DNA of 64,000 nucleotides, taken from contig JAYWIR010000001.1 in the NCBI GenBank assembly GCA_036172245.1, positions 992,001-1,056,000 of the forward strand, given 5' to 3'. The first letter of the stretch is position 1; each line of letters begins with the position of its first letter. Positions 63,196 through 64,000 of this stretch are shown piece after piece. This stretch comes from Raillietiella orientalis (lineage: Eukaryota). A program made the translations under genes and the position numbers. The notes beneath the pieces were generated by a model. The model did no database searches. It had not been told where the DNA came from and saw only the letters and a list, made by a program, of their open reading frames with translations.

Positions 63196-63439
63196 AACCC
63201 TTGAAAAAAAAAGAAAAAAAAGCTGGAAGGGAAACAGCGGAAACGGAAGAACCCCAAAGGAATTCCATCGTTCTGTGGGGTCCTTTCCTCCTCCTGGAGT
63301 CGGCTCTGTCTGCTGCTGCTGGACGGAAGGCGCTGGAGAAATCGCGAAGGACAGAGTCCAGGGAGTGCACCAGCGGTGGAAAAAAGGCAGGGTTCGCGGG
63401 GGCGGAGGAAGGCGGCACGACCGCGGGAGCTGGCGAAAG

Positions 63440-63960
63440 CTGCTCTCGCCTTGTGGCGCATGATGTGGGTCACCTGCCGTGCGCTCCGCAGATCGGATGC
63501 ACCCTGGAGCGCGGCGGATATGGTGCAAAGGGCTGCCCGTGCAGATCGAGTGGCTGGTGTTCGGACTCCTCTTCCCGGATAGGACCGACCTGCTGCCTTC
63601 GGGATTACTGGAGCCCGTATGCTAAGGGACCGCCTCTTTGGGAGGGATATCGGGAGGTTCCGCTGTCGGGCATGCTGACCGCTCCCCTCGCCTGGACAAC
63701 GTTGCGCTCCTCCTCGGGTGGTAGCACGAAAAGCGTTGCTGTTCGTCCACTGGGGCTTCCCAGGAGGATAGCGGCGTCACAACTGGGCGAAGGACGGCGT
63801 TCTCCGAACTGCGCCAGTCTCTGGGATGCGACGACCCTCGAGCACGGAAACGCCTCGAGGCCGCGCTGCTTCGATCCGAAGACACCTCGGAAGAGCTGCC
63901 GCTGCTGCGGCGGCGCTGCTTCGCTCCAGGATGCCGGCTTGGGCATCCTGACCATCCATA
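63440..63960 (-). mobile_element. Possible highly degenerate non-LTR ORF1 remnant
   Basis: Frameshifted HPICGA../RQVTHIMRH knuckle-like segment at ~63455-63510 upstream of a low-complexity tract; weak. Confidence 0.2.
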
Positions 63961-64000
63961 AGATCAAGCTGCAAGTTCAGTTCCGACTTTTGACCTTTTG

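Overview
Eukaryotic (invertebrate, probably arthropod/crustacean) genomic DNA; almost all ORFs in the supplied track are spurious. One intact spliced gene is evident on the + strand: a fibronectin type III + single-pass transmembrane protein of the FNDC4/5/DUF4808-like class. Its exons lie at ~27022-27184, 46244-46392, 46457-46665 and 46754-46981, with a ~19 kb intron splitting the FN3 domain; the first exon was not found. The rest is repeats and decayed genes. (i) Ten diverged copies of a ~0.7 kb tRNA-headed SINE-like element (roughly a tenth of the window), one carrying a TTAA-flanked piggyBac-type MITE. (ii) An AT-rich inverted-repeat element family. (iii) A ~9.5 kb nested cluster of L1/Tx1-clade retrotransposon pieces, plus an R2/NeSL-type restriction-like-endonuclease fragment (48975-58450). 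(iv) A Harbinger-like transposase remnant. (v) A high density of frameshifted, apparently intron-poor remnants: four LRR genes of one family, two (maybe three) NACHT/NLR genes and a Rho-type GTPase, several nested in the large intron. All protein calls come from manual motif recognition across frameshifts, not database searches, and repeat/pseudogene boundaries are approximate.
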